A stretch of 64,000 nt of DNA, from positions 3,091-67,090 of the forward strand of contig JAGNHS010000009.1 in NCBI GenBank assembly GCA_018001635.1, written 5' to 3'. The stretch comes from Pseudomonadota bacterium. GTDB taxonomy: Bacteria > Bdellovibrionota > UBA2428. How positions within the stretch are numbered: position 1 is the stretch's first letter; each line of letters starts with the position of its first letter. The notes under the pieces were generated by a model that was not told where the DNA came from, ran no database searches, and saw only the letters and a list, made by a program, of their open reading frames with translations. The position numbers were made by a program, and so were the translations under genes. Below are positions 9,225 through 18,689 of the stretch, piece by piece.

Positions 9225-10502
9225 ATGGATAAGTTTTTAATTAACGGACCGACTCGATTAAAGGGGAAAATATTGGGTAGTGGTTCGAAAAATGCAGCTC
9301 TTCCTATTATATTTTCGACGCTACTTTCTGGTAAAAAACATATTTTAAAAAATGTTCCTAACTTACAAGACATGTATTCGGCCCTTCTTATGATGAAGCA
9401 TTTTGGTGCTCTTCTTGATTGCAATGAAAAAGCAGAGGGCGGTCAGGAGTGGAAACTGGATTGTGCTCCCGTAAATCAATCTGAGGCTCCTTATGAATTG
9501 GTTCGAAAAATGCGAGCTAGTTTTTTTTGCTTGGGACCATTGTTAGCTCGTATGGGGCGCGCACGAGTGTCGTTGCCTGGTGGTTGCGCTATAGGTGCTC
9601 GTCCTGTTGACTTGCATTTGATGGCGCTAGAAAAATTAGGTGCCGAAATTAAACAAGAGTCTGGATATGTGGAATTAGTGGCTCCCCCAAAAGGACTACA
9701 AGGTGGAAAAGTTGTTTTTCCATTAGTCTCAGTGGGCGCCACTGAAAATGTGATGATGGCTGCGACTACTGCTATGGGTACTTCAATAATTGAAAACGCA
9801 GCTTGCGAGCCTGAGGTGCAATATTTAGCAAACGCACTTTTATCTATGGGAGCAAAAATCACAGGTGTGGGTACTCCAACAATAAAAATTGAGGGAGTTT
9901 CCGAATTGGGCGCCTTAGATTATGAAATTCCAGCAGATCGAATTGAAGTGGGGACTTATTTGATCGCAGCACAACTCACAGGTGGTGATATTGAAGTTGT
10001 GAATTCACCCGTGGGTGATTTAGGGGCTCTGATTGAGGCGCTTGAAAAATCTGGGGCAAAAATTACAATCAACGGAAATTCAATTCGTTGTGAGGCTAGT
10101 GAAACTATTAAACCGGTGAGTATCAAAACAGCACCCTATCCTGGCTTTGCGACAGATCTTCAAGCGCAATGGATGACACTCATGACTCAAGCCGAAGGTG
10201 TTTCTACGATTGAAGAAAAAATATTTGAAAATCGTTTTATGCATGTTCCTGAGTTGACTCGAATGGGAGCTAAAATCGAAATTCAATCTCGAGTGGCCAC
10301 GGTTCATGGAAAAAGAGGGACTCTCAATGCGGCTCCTGTTATGGCCACAGATTTACGTGCGAGTGCTTCTCTGGTTTTGGCGGGCTTAGTAACTCCAGGT
10401 GAGACCACGATAAATCGCGTATATCATTTGGATCGTGGTTATGAAGCTATGGAACTCAAGCTTCAATCCTTGGGCGCTAACGTTAAAAGAGTGAAGTCTT
10501 AA
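9225..10502 (+). CDS. murA: UDP-N-acetylglucosamine 1-carboxyvinyltransferase
   Basis: N-terminus MDKFLINGP..L.G....GSKNAALPI. Active-site loop LPGGCAIGARPVDLH. 425 aa. Confidence 0.95.
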   Translation: MDKFLINGPTRLKGKILGSGSKNAALPIIFSTLLSGKKHILKNVPNLQDMYSALLMMKHFGALLDCNEKAEGGQEWKLDCAPVNQSEAPYELVRKMRASFFCLGPLLARMGRARVSLPGGCAIGARPVDLHLMALEKLGAEIKQESGYVELVAPPKGLQGGKVVFPLVSVGATENVMMAATTAMGTSIIENAACEPEVQYLANALLSMGAKITGVGTPTIKIEGVSELGALDYEIPADRIEVGTYLIAAQLTGGDIEVVNSPVGDLGALIEALEKSGAKITINGNSIRCEASETIKPVSIKTAPYPGFATDLQAQWMTLMTQAEGVSTIEEKIFENRFMHVPELTRMGAKIEIQSRVATVHGKRGTLNAAPVMATDLRASASLVLAGLVTPGETTINRVYHLDRGYEAMELKLQSLGANVKRVKS

Positions 10503-10571
10503 TTGATTTTGTTTTAAAAATTAAAAGAATATGAGATTGAGCTTCATTAAAGGGTCATTCGTGAGAGTATC

Positions 10572-10691
10572 TCAAGATTTCTTCCTTTTCTTGATTTTTC
10601 GGCTCAAGACCCAATCGGCAATTGCCGATAGGAGAACTAACGTTTCGGTTAGCTCTCGGATCAATTGCAGGATAATGTGGATATCTTGCAT
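10572..10691 (-). CDS. Candidate small protein (39 aa) with a polybasic C-terminus; not in the supplied ORF track
   Basis: Minus-strand ATG preceded by AAAGGAGGT (5-nt spacer). Translation is MQDIHIILQLIRELTETLVLLSAIADWVLSRKIKKRKKS. The leader is structured (see findings). Confidence 0.4.
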   Translation of the reverse strand: MQDIHIILQLIRELTETLVLLSAIADWVLSRKIKKRKKS

Positions 10692-10885
10692 ATGGACCTC
10701 CTTTTTAGGGATGTCCATCCATGGGACCGACCTCAATCCGTTGAGGGTTAGTTCGGTCCTTACATTTTCTATGCCAATATTTTAATTAAGTATAAATTTT
10801 ACGTTTATAGAAATGATATCTGTATGATGAATTTTTGACATCTACTAATCTAAAGTAAGTCTAAGTCTAGTTCGAAACATAGCTT

Positions 10886-12697
10886 ATGCTTTACCTGCGT
10901 AAGCGTTGGCTAATTTTAGCGATTCTATTGCATGCGCTGTTTAGGATTTCTCACGCTGAAGTTTCTAAGCCTATTTTGGCTCTTCCTGCGCCCAAAGATG
11001 ATTGCAAAAGTTTTTTCAAAATTCTTGCTCAAAAAGCTGATCGTTATTTGGCTTCGCCCGCCGAATGGAAAATCACTCCCGAAACTGAAAAAGCTATAGA
11101 AGACGTTTGGAATGATTCATCCCTTATTCGAAGAGAAAAACTTAGAAAAACCTCAGATTTATTATTGAAAGATAGAGAGCGTGGAATGAATCCTCTTTCA
11201 GCCTTTTTCTTTAGGGGCGCCCTCAGAAGTGCGGCCAAACAAGATAGCATTTACAATTATACTCTAGGAAAACTTTTGAGTTTTATGGGACCTCACTACA
11301 ATCCTGTTTTCAATCGGATAAACATACCTAAACAAGTTGGCGATGATGGGATTCGTGAAATTTTGGTAAGAATGCACGAGTTAGAACATGCTCATCATCG
11401 AAATGCTTGGCCTATTCATTGGTATTTTGGAGTTAAGGCCAGAGTTTTTGAATTAATAAATTTTGCCATTATAAGACCACCAGTAACTCCTGTATTTATA
11501 ACTTGGGCGGAAGGAAGAGCTATTGGATCTCAATGGGAGTTGGTGCAAAAAATTCCTAAAGCCGTAAGAAAGCAGTACATAGAAGAATTGGAGAAGCATA
11601 ACAATGAGCTTTTTAAAAGGAGAAATACCTTAGATTCATTTGAAGCAGAATTTTTGGCCGATATTGTTTTAAGTGGAAAGCATAAAGACTATTTAAAAGC
11701 TTTTAAAGATTTAGAGGGCGTGAAAAAAAATGCGCTTCCTCAAATGCCCATGCCTCCCAAGCCCCCAGATTTTTTAAGCGGACCAAGTTATTTAGATTTA
11801 GAAAATGTCTCGGCTGGAGAAGCTAAAGAAATTAAAAATAATAAGCAAAAAAAGTTGCTCAGAAATTTTTTTGAAAAAGAAATGAAGTCATGGTTGGAAA
11901 ATCGCGATTTGTATACTGATAGAAAATTCGAATTTAATAGGGAGCAACTTAATGAATTAGACGATTTAGTGGCTCATTATTTGAAATATGTGCCCCGTAG
12001 AGACATTAATGGATTGGAATTCATGACTAATAATATCTCAATTCTTAGTTTAAAAAATGCAGATTTGCCCAAAGATGAATTTGTAAGAGCGCTTCAGGGA
12101 GTCCATGGTTATAATTTTGAAAATCTTTTTAAGAGTCATGTTTTTGAAATTGGGGCTTATAAGAAATTTTTACTATTCTCATCGGCGCCTATTATTCTTT
12201 TGGCTCTAATTGAACCAGAGAATACTAAAGATACGATTGAAAAATTTAATATTATAGATTTAAAATTACTACTAAAGCTCTACGCCTCTTTTAGGGGTGT
12301 TTCTTTTGAAGACCCTAATTTGCTAAAATTTAAAGAATTTAAAAAAACACAATCATGGAAGAATGTGAAAAAATTCCTATCAAAAAACCCTGCCGCCGAT
12401 GCTTTTTATGAAGAAGTATTTAAAATACAAAGTGAAGAAAGTCTTCAGTCAGATAAAGCCGTAGAAACTTACTTGATAAGATATCCACAAGAAGCTCAAA
12501 ATTTATTATTAGAATCTTCTAAAATTGATTCTGATATATTCATTGCCTCTATTTGGCCTATTGAAAGCTTTGTTGATTCAAAAACAATTAAGAAACTCAC
12601 AAAAGAGGATAAAGAAGACTTTTATGTCCTATTTCTATCTAATTACATTCAGCTTCTATTTGAAATGAGAGTCAAAAGAGCTCGTTTATCGAATTAA
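10886..12697 (+). CDS. Hypothetical secreted protein (603 aa) with a single HExxH motif
   Basis: Signal peptide (WLILAILLHALFRISHA-EV). MHELEHAHH is the only recognisable motif. Rest is largely helical and charged. Confidence 0.75.
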   Translation: MLYLRKRWLILAILLHALFRISHAEVSKPILALPAPKDDCKSFFKILAQKADRYLASPAEWKITPETEKAIEDVWNDSSLIRREKLRKTSDLLLKDRERGMNPLSAFFFRGALRSAAKQDSIYNYTLGKLLSFMGPHYNPVFNRINIPKQVGDDGIREILVRMHELEHAHHRNAWPIHWYFGVKARVFELINFAIIRPPVTPVFITWAEGRAIGSQWELVQKIPKAVRKQYIEELEKHNNELFKRRNTLDSFEAEFLADIVLSGKHKDYLKAFKDLEGVKKNALPQMPMPPKPPDFLSGPSYLDLENVSAGEAKEIKNNKQKKLLRNFFEKEMKSWLENRDLYTDRKFEFNREQLNELDDLVAHYLKYVPRRDINGLEFMTNNISILSLKNADLPKDEFVRALQGVHGYNFENLFKSHVFEIGAYKKFLLFSSAPIILLALIEPENTKDTIEKFNIIDLKLLLKLYASFRGVSFEDPNLLKFKEFKKTQSWKNVKKFLSKNPAADAFYEEVFKIQSEESLQSDKAVETYLIRYPQEAQNLLLESSKIDSDIFIASIWPIESFVDSKTIKKLTKEDKEDFYVLFLSNYIQLLFEMRVKRARLSN

Positions 12698-12771
12698 AAA
12701 TAGGAATTTTTAAATAATAAAACGGGCTAATTTGCAGTAAAATGCACCCTAATTTCTTAGAATATTCAGCC

Positions 12772-12800
12772 TTGACCCTTTAGCCCTTACGCTTTATCAA
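12772..12800 (+). promoter_or_regulatory. Candidate sigma70-type promoter of the rpsU-dnaG-rpoD operon
   Basis: TTGACC (12772-12777), 17-nt spacer, TATCAA (12795-12800), about 40 nt upstream of rpsU. Motif match only. Confidence 0.35.
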
Positions 12801-12839
12801 TAAGGCTACCTCAATTTTGAAAGGGGGTGATTTTTTTAT

Positions 12840-13082
12840 ATGCCATTAGTTAGAGTAAAAGAAGGTGAATCCTTTGAATCTGCGGTCCGCCGTTTCAAAA
12901 AACAATGCGAAAAGGCTGGAATTCTTACAGAAATTCGTAAACGTGAGCATTATGAAAAGCCCTCCGTTAAGAAAAAACGAAAGAGCATCGCTGCTCAAAA
13001 ACGTTTAGAGAAGAAAATGCGTAAGCAATTTAGGGGCCCTAGAGAAAATAATAACAGCAGCAGTAATAGCGGCACTAAATAA
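12840..13082 (+). CDS. rpsU: 30S ribosomal protein S21 (with a short N/S-rich C-terminal extension)
   Basis: [28 protein letters not shown]... is canonical S21. Preceded by GGGGGTG. Confidence 0.95.
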   Translation: MPLVRVKEGESFESAVRRFKKQCEKAGILTEIRKREHYEKPSVKKKRKSIAAQKRLEKKMRKQFRGPRENNNSSSNSGTK

Positions 13083-13108
13083 ATTTCCTAATAAATAGGT
13101 TATTTTGT

Positions 13109-13143
13109 ATACGGCGCGTGGCCCCTTAGGCCGGGCGCCGTAT
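13109..13143 (+). terminator. GC-rich hairpin between rpsU and the yqeY-like gene (possible internal attenuator)
   Basis: atacggcgc / gcgccgtat (13109-13117 / 13135-13143) with an inner ggcc/ggcc stem. Only a weak T-run follows. E. coli has an internal terminator at the analogous position. Confidence 0.5.
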
Positions 13144-13164
13144 CTGTTTGTGAGGTAACAGAAT

Positions 13165-13626
13165 ATGGAATTAAAAGCTCGACTTCAAAAAAGCATGACT
13201 GAAGCCATGAAAGCTAAAGATGCTTCTCGTTTACAAAGCATTCGTTTGATGTGGAACGCCTTAAGAAAAAGAGAAATCGACGATCGAAAAGACTTAAGCG
13301 ATCAAGACATTGAAAAGATTTTGCTGACCATGATTAAGCAAAGCACTGAAAGTTTAGAACAAGCTAAATCGGCTGGGCGCGCCGATTTGCAGGCCGAAGT
13401 TGAAAAAGAAATTTCTATCATTAAAGAATTTTTGCCAGAGCAAATGTCTGAGGCTGACGTGCTTAATAAAATTAAAAATATAGTGGCTGATCTCAAGGCA
13501 AAAGGGAGCTTGCCTGAAGGTGCAAAAGCCATGGGCATGGTGATGAAAGAAGCTATGGCCGTTGTGGGCTCAAAAGCAGAAGGGCGAGTGATTCAAGCGG
13601 CTGTAAAAAGCGCTTTGGGTCTATGA
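13165..13626 (+). CDS. GatB/YqeY domain-containing protein
   Basis: LKxxLxxAMKAKDxxRLxxIRLM... followed by EIxIIKEFLP is typical of the YqeY family. Sits between rpsU and dnaG. Confidence 0.85.
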   Translation: MELKARLQKSMTEAMKAKDASRLQSIRLMWNALRKREIDDRKDLSDQDIEKILLTMIKQSTESLEQAKSAGRADLQAEVEKEISIIKEFLPEQMSEADVLNKIKNIVADLKAKGSLPEGAKAMGMVMKEAMAVVGSKAEGRVIQAAVKSALGL

Positions 13627-15500
13627 CTAAGTTTCGAAATCTTTCTGAAGCCAAAGCCTATATAAAAGACAACGTTGATTTGGCTTCCTGGGTGTCTCGA
13701 CACACAAAGCTTGCAAAGAGCAGTGATGGTTTTAAGGGGCGTTGTCCTTTGCCGGGACACGCCGAAAAAACTCCTTCGTTTCATGTAAACACACGGCATA
13801 ATTTTTTTCATTGTTTTGGATGTGATCGTGGCGGCGATATCTTTACATTTCTTCAGTTGATGGAAGGTTTGAATTTTAAGGAATCCTTAGAACGCGTTGC
13901 TGAGACTATGAACTTAGAGCTGCCTCGCTTTAGTGAAGACGACAAAAATTCAAAAGAAAAAGACCGTTTTCGCGCAGGCTATGAGTTGATGCATCGAGCG
14001 GCTTCTTTTTATAATCGTGTTTTAATCGAAGAAGCGACACCTGGTGCTACTCGAGCCTTAGCCTATTTAAAAACTCGAGGCATTGGAGCTGAGTGGATTG
14101 AAAAGTTTCAATTAGGTTGGGCGCCTGAAGCTCCGCAGAGTCTAGCCAAAAAACTTACTGATAAATCTGAAATAGTTTTGGCTCAAGAAGTGGGTTTACT
14201 TCGTAATTATAACGGTGTGAATTACGATTTTTTTCAAAATAGATTGATGATACCAGTGCATAATGATCGAGCGCGTGTTGTGGCTTTTTCTGGACGAACC
14301 CTTGATCCGGTTGTCGATAAAAATCCAAAATATAAAAATTCACCTGAAACTTATCTTTTTAAAAAGAAAGAAGTTCTCTATGGGTATTCTCAAGTTCAAG
14401 ATTTGCTGCGAGAAAAGGAATACGCCGTTTTTGTTGAGGGCTTTTTTGATCAATGGGCTTTAGCGCGTGTAGGAATTCCTGCTATGGCCGTTATGGGTAC
14501 GGCCCTCACTGAAGAGCACTTAAAATTAGTGGAGCGTTGGACAAAGCATTTAGTCCTCATGATGGATTCCGACGAGGCTGGTAAAAGATCGGTGCTTCGC
14601 TCGTTGCCTTTGTTACTTGGAAAACATTTTGAAGCTAAAGTTTTTTCAGTGCCTTCTGGTAAAGATCCCGATGAATGGTTGCAGGATCCAAAAGCTGTAG
14701 AAAATGCTGAAAATATATTGAGGCGTGCCCCAGAGGCTCTCGAGTGGTGGGCTTTGTTGTTGATTGTTGAAGGTGAAGAAAAGCGACTCAATCGTCTGCA
14801 AATACTCAATCGTTTACAAGAAGTTTGGGAATGGACCCCGAGCGTAGCTCATCGAAATTTTCTTTCGATGCAATTGGCCCCTCGATTGGGGATGCGCCCA
14901 AAAGATTTTGTAGAATCTTTGAATGGAATTACCCCTCCTCAAAATTATAAAGTTAAAAGGGACGGGGCCAATTCTGGCGCTGGCCGAGGCTTTACTGAGA
15001 GTTATTTTATGGCCACTCCAAGCCTAACTAATGTTGATAAATCTGCTGAAGCGCTACTTTTATGGTGGATCCGATTTTGGGAGCAGCTCACGCCGAAGAG
15101 TCATACAGCGTGGGATCATAGAGAAGAGCTTTTTCGATCAACTTTAGCTGAGGACTTGGTTCATTCATGGTCTCAGGCTTATTTTCATGCACATGGTGCC
15201 TTGTCTCGTGAAACCATTAAGGCGTCACTAGAGTCAGAGTCTCTTGAGCCCGTTGTTAAACAATGGATAATTAAAGGTTTTGTTGACGGCATAGAGTCAT
15301 CCCAAGCCTTTGATTCGGATCAAGTTCAAAGAGATTGGGATGAATTAGAGAGACATTTGCAGGTTGAGAAACTTCGAGGCCAAGTGAATGTGCTTAAACA
15401 AAAAGTTAAAATAGAGAGCGAAAATCCCGAAACTTCGGCCCAACTCTTGCAACAAATTACTGAATTAACTCAGAAACTAAATAATTATTTGGAAAAGTAA
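13623..15500 (+). CDS. dnaG: DNA primase
   Basis: Zn-finger CPLPGHAEKTPSFHV...FHCFGC, TOPRIM EGFFD...DSDEAG. ATGA overlap with the upstream gene. Confidence 0.95.
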   Translation: MTKFRNLSEAKAYIKDNVDLASWVSRHTKLAKSSDGFKGRCPLPGHAEKTPSFHVNTRHNFFHCFGCDRGGDIFTFLQLMEGLNFKESLERVAETMNLELPRFSEDDKNSKEKDRFRAGYELMHRAASFYNRVLIEEATPGATRALAYLKTRGIGAEWIEKFQLGWAPEAPQSLAKKLTDKSEIVLAQEVGLLRNYNGVNYDFFQNRLMIPVHNDRARVVAFSGRTLDPVVDKNPKYKNSPETYLFKKKEVLYGYSQVQDLLREKEYAVFVEGFFDQWALARVGIPAMAVMGTALTEEHLKLVERWTKHLVLMMDSDEAGKRSVLRSLPLLLGKHFEAKVFSVPSGKDPDEWLQDPKAVENAENILRRAPEALEWWALLLIVEGEEKRLNRLQILNRLQEVWEWTPSVAHRNFLSMQLAPRLGMRPKDFVESLNGITPPQNYKVKRDGANSGAGRGFTESYFMATPSLTNVDKSAEALLLWWIRFWEQLTPKSHTAWDHREELFRSTLAEDLVHSWSQAYFHAHGALSRETIKASLESESLEPVVKQWIIKGFVDGIESSQAFDSDQVQRDWDELERHLQVEKLRGQVNVLKQKVKIESENPETSAQLLQQITELTQKLNNYLEK

Positions 15501-15539
15501 CCTATTTCAGACTAAAGTCTGTCTCTTAACAAAAGGCGA

Positions 15540-17528
15540 ATGGGATCTTTCTTTATTATGGCGAAAAGCAAAGCAAAAACTAATTCAAAAAAAACTCCTC
15601 CAGCAAAAAATGTTAAAAAAACTGAAGTTAAAAAAGCAGTTTTAAAAACAGCTGCAGTAAAAACAGAAAAGGTGACCGTTAAGGTTAAGGAAAGTCTCAA
15701 GGTTGAAGTGAAGGCTTCTATCAAGGCGACTCCTGTAGCAGTTAAGGCTCCAAAGGCCCTTAAGGGTAAAGCCAAAGAAGAGGCCGCCAAAAAAGCCATT
15801 GATGTAGCTCCGCCCGAACTCATGGCCAATAAAGACGACACTCCAAAAGAAAAACGTAAAAAAGAAATTTTTACCGACTTGCTTAAGCGAGCCAAGAAAA
15901 AGGGCTTTCTTACTTATGACGATGTTAACAATGCGCTTCCACCGGAATTTTCACAGCCTGAAGATCTCGAAGAGACTTTAACTTTCTTAGATAGCAAGAG
16001 CATTTCTGTTGTCGAAAAAAGTGGCAAAGGCCCTGGCGATGAAAAAGACGAAAAGGCTTTAGATGAAGCTGCTGACGATATGCTCAAGGCCAACGATCCT
16101 GTTCGTTTGTATTTGCGCAAAATGGGAAGCATTCCTCTTTTAACAAAAGAGGGTGAAGTTGAAATTGCGAAAGCCATTGAAGAAGGCGAATCCGAAATTA
16201 TGGAAGTTGTGCTCAACTCCCAAATCGGTATTCAAGAAGTTCTTTCTGTAGGTGAGAGAATTCGTGCCGGAAAAATTCGAGTTAGAGATGTTGTTCGAGG
16301 TCTTGATGAAGAAGATCCCGACATTAACGAAGATGAATATCGCGATAAGATTCTTACAGCGATTGACCGCGTAAGAGATTTTGAAAGATTAATTTCTACA
16401 AGAACTGCACAAAAAGAAATTCTTAAAGCCAGAGACGCCATGTTTGATGCGTTTAAAGAAATTTCATTCAACAGAAAAACGATTAACCGTATCGTTGGAA
16501 GAATGAAAAACTACGTTCAAACGATTGACGACGTAGAGTACACGCTCACTCGTGAACTTGGAAAAGTGGGTTGTCGGAGCCCTGAAGATTTCCGCGCTTT
16601 AGAAGAAAAGTTTAAAGACGAAAAAACTCGTCTACAAGCTTTCAAGCAAGCTGGAAATCGCATGTGGGACGACATCACATCCTTGGAAAATGTGATTAAA
16701 GAACAAGCACGTCGACTTGAAGAAGTCGAAATGCAATCAGGTCTTCCTGTCGACAAATTGAAACTCATGTATGAGCAAATCGTTGAAGGTGAGCGCAAGG
16801 CTGACGAATCAAAAGCGCGTCTTGTTGAAGCCAATCTACGTCTCGTAGTGAGTATTGCAAAAAAATACACAAACCGCGGCTTACAATTCTTGGATTTGAT
16901 TCAAGAAGGTAACATCGGTTTGATGAAGGCCGTCGATAAATTTGAATATCGACGTGGATATAAATTTTCTACTTACGCGACTTGGTGGATTCGCCAAGCG
17001 ATCACACGGGCCATTGCCGATCAAGCCCGAACAATTCGTATTCCGGTTCACATGATTGAAACCATCAATAAATTGGTTCGTACGAGCCGATATTTGATGC
17101 AAGAAATTGGTCGCGAACCAACTCCTGAAGAAATTGCTGCTAAAATGGAGCTTCCCGTAGATAAAGTGCGCAAAGTTCTAAAGATTGCAAAAGAACCTAT
17201 TTCTTTGGAAACACCAATTGGTGAAGAAGATGATTCGCATCTTGGAGATTTCATTGAAGATAAGAGCATCATTAATCCAAGCGAAGCTGTGATTAATCTA
17301 AATCTTTCTGAGCAAACTCGAAAAGTCTTAGCAACTCTGACTCCAAGAGAAGAAAAAGTTCTTCGTATGCGATTCGGTATTGGCGAAGAGTCCGACCATA
17401 CTTTGGAAGAAGTGGGACAAGATTTCTCCGTAACTCGAGAGCGTATACGTCAGATTGAAGCAAAGGCTTTGAGAAAATTGCGACATCCAAGTCGTGCGAA
17501 ACGTCTCAAAAACTTTGTAGAGAATTGA
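15540..17528 (+). CDS. rpoD: RNA polymerase sigma factor RpoD with a Lys/Ala/Val-rich N-terminal tail
   Basis: Region 2 ([19 protein letters not shown]), region 3, region 4.2 ([30 protein letters not shown]). About 110 aa of basic low complexity at the N-terminus. Confidence 0.95.
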   Translation: MGSFFIMAKSKAKTNSKKTPPAKNVKKTEVKKAVLKTAAVKTEKVTVKVKESLKVEVKASIKATPVAVKAPKALKGKAKEEAAKKAIDVAPPELMANKDDTPKEKRKKEIFTDLLKRAKKKGFLTYDDVNNALPPEFSQPEDLEETLTFLDSKSISVVEKSGKGPGDEKDEKALDEAADDMLKANDPVRLYLRKMGSIPLLTKEGEVEIAKAIEEGESEIMEVVLNSQIGIQEVLSVGERIRAGKIRVRDVVRGLDEEDPDINEDEYRDKILTAIDRVRDFERLISTRTAQKEILKARDAMFDAFKEISFNRKTINRIVGRMKNYVQTIDDVEYTLTRELGKVGCRSPEDFRALEEKFKDEKTRLQAFKQAGNRMWDDITSLENVIKEQARRLEEVEMQSGLPVDKLKLMYEQIVEGERKADESKARLVEANLRLVVSIAKKYTNRGLQFLDLIQEGNIGLMKAVDKFEYRRGYKFSTYATWWIRQAITRAIADQARTIRIPVHMIETINKLVRTSRYLMQEIGREPTPEEIAAKMELPVDKVRKVLKIAKEPISLETPIGEEDDSHLGDFIEDKSIINPSEAVINLNLSEQTRKVLATLTPREEKVLRMRFGIGEESDHTLEEVGQDFSVTRERIRQIEAKALRKLRHPSRAKRLKNFVEN

Positions 17529-17537
17529 TAGCGAATT

Positions 17538-18284
17538 TTAATTTTCGTAGTGAGGAATATTGTTCTTAGACATTGTTCCTCCTGCGCCATCATATTTGCA
17601 AATATCGCTGTTAATGTTTCCGCTAGCTACGAAATTTCTACGACTTTTGAAATCGTTTAATGGATATTTGTCGGGTTGAATTGAGCTAAATATTGTCATG
17701 GGTCCAGAAAATTCTTTGGGCATGGATTGCGTTACTGTTGAGGGAATTAAAACAGGTCCTTCGTTCATGTATTTTCCTAATTCATCAGGACTTAAGTATG
17801 GAATGTATTCAAGGCCGAGGGGTCCAAGTTTTGAAGAAGCTGCTGTGCCGGGAATAGTTGTCGTGTTGACTAAAAACCACTTTCCTTCAGATTTAACTAA
17901 TAGAAACACATGACCTCCAAGGCCGTCATTGGGAGCGGTAGGATTGGCTGATTTTCCTTTTAATCCAAGGCAGAGTTTATCAAGTGAGAGATTGTTAATA
18001 GCGCTGACAATTCTTATGTCTTCAGGAGAGATTCCATTTTTCATTAGAGTGAGTGCGGCCACTCTCGCGTGTGTATTGCATTGACCCCCTAGGCCTTCTT
18101 GGAGCGCGATTTGAGGCTCTCTATTGGCATCAAAATCATAAGATGTGTTAAGTGCTTGGCCCGCTTTTAGATTACGAAATAAGCTCTTTTGGTCTTTGGG
18201 ATATTCTCTTGAAAGTAACTCTAATGGATTTATTTCGTAGGCAATGGCTGAAAGGCTGATTAAAAATACTAAAGCTTGAATCAC
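17538..18284 (-). CDS. Secreted transglutaminase-like/papain-fold protein (putative)
   Basis: Signal peptide. Cys...His arrangement GGQCNTHARVAALTLMKNGISPEDIRIV ... GGHVFLLVKSEGKWFLVNTT resembles the transglutaminase-like Cys-His-Asp/Asn core. Confidence 0.55.
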   Translation of the reverse strand: MIQALVFLISLSAIAYEINPLELLSREYPKDQKSLFRNLKAGQALNTSYDFDANREPQIALQEGLGGQCNTHARVAALTLMKNGISPEDIRIVSAINNLSLDKLCLGLKGKSANPTAPNDGLGGHVFLLVKSEGKWFLVNTTTIPGTAASSKLGPLGLEYIPYLSPDELGKYMNEGPVLIPSTVTQSMPKEFSGPMTIFSSIQPDKYPLNDFKSRRNFVASGNINSDICKYDGAGGTMSKNNIPHYEN

Positions 18285-18398
18285 CTTATAAGTTTAACTC
18301 CCTTAACAATTAAGGCAAAATCTTGAATTGATAAAATACTGAAAATATAGGAGTCTCCTTAATGCAATTCTTTACCGATGGGATTGCAGTTTTGAAGT

Positions 18399-18475
18399 GG
18401 GCCCATAGCTCAGTCGGTTAGAGCAGGTGGCTCATAACCACTTTGTCGGGGGTTCAAGTCCCTCTGGGCCCACCA
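18399..18475 (+). tRNA. tRNA with CAU anticodon (elongator type; Ile2-lysidine or Met)
   Basis: 7-bp acceptor stem GGGCCCA/TGGGCCC, D-loop AGCTCAGTCGGTTAGAGC, anticodon loop CTCATAA, T-arm GGTTCAAGTCC, encoded CCA. The 1:72 position is paired (G-C), so it is not an initiator. Confidence 0.95.
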
Positions 18476-18689
18476 ATCTTCGGCTTTTGTTCATCTCACT
18501 GTATCAAAATTTTCGCTCAGTTAGTCATGTATTTTATGGATACACTCCTTCCTTCTCTCAATTTTGCCACAGTGATATGAGCCAAAATCCTTGATTGGGC
18601 AGTGTTCTCAGGGGGACTTTCCTTTTTATGTGGCAAAGATTGCCCTTGAGGCGCGCGAAGATTTCTTGAAATTAGCCATCCTCGCGATT

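Noticed and set aside
10531-10785. 84-aa plus-strand ORF in the murA-downstream spacer
   Set aside because: It has no SD and an odd Cys/Trp/Ser-rich composition. It overlaps the better-supported minus-strand small ORF and its leader hairpins.
15512-15895. 127-aa minus-strand ORF antisense to the 5' end of rpoD
   Set aside because: It lies entirely within the Lys/Ala-rich coding tract of rpoD. Its L/S/F/A-rich translation is the expected mirror of AAR/GCN codons. It has no SD and no independent support.
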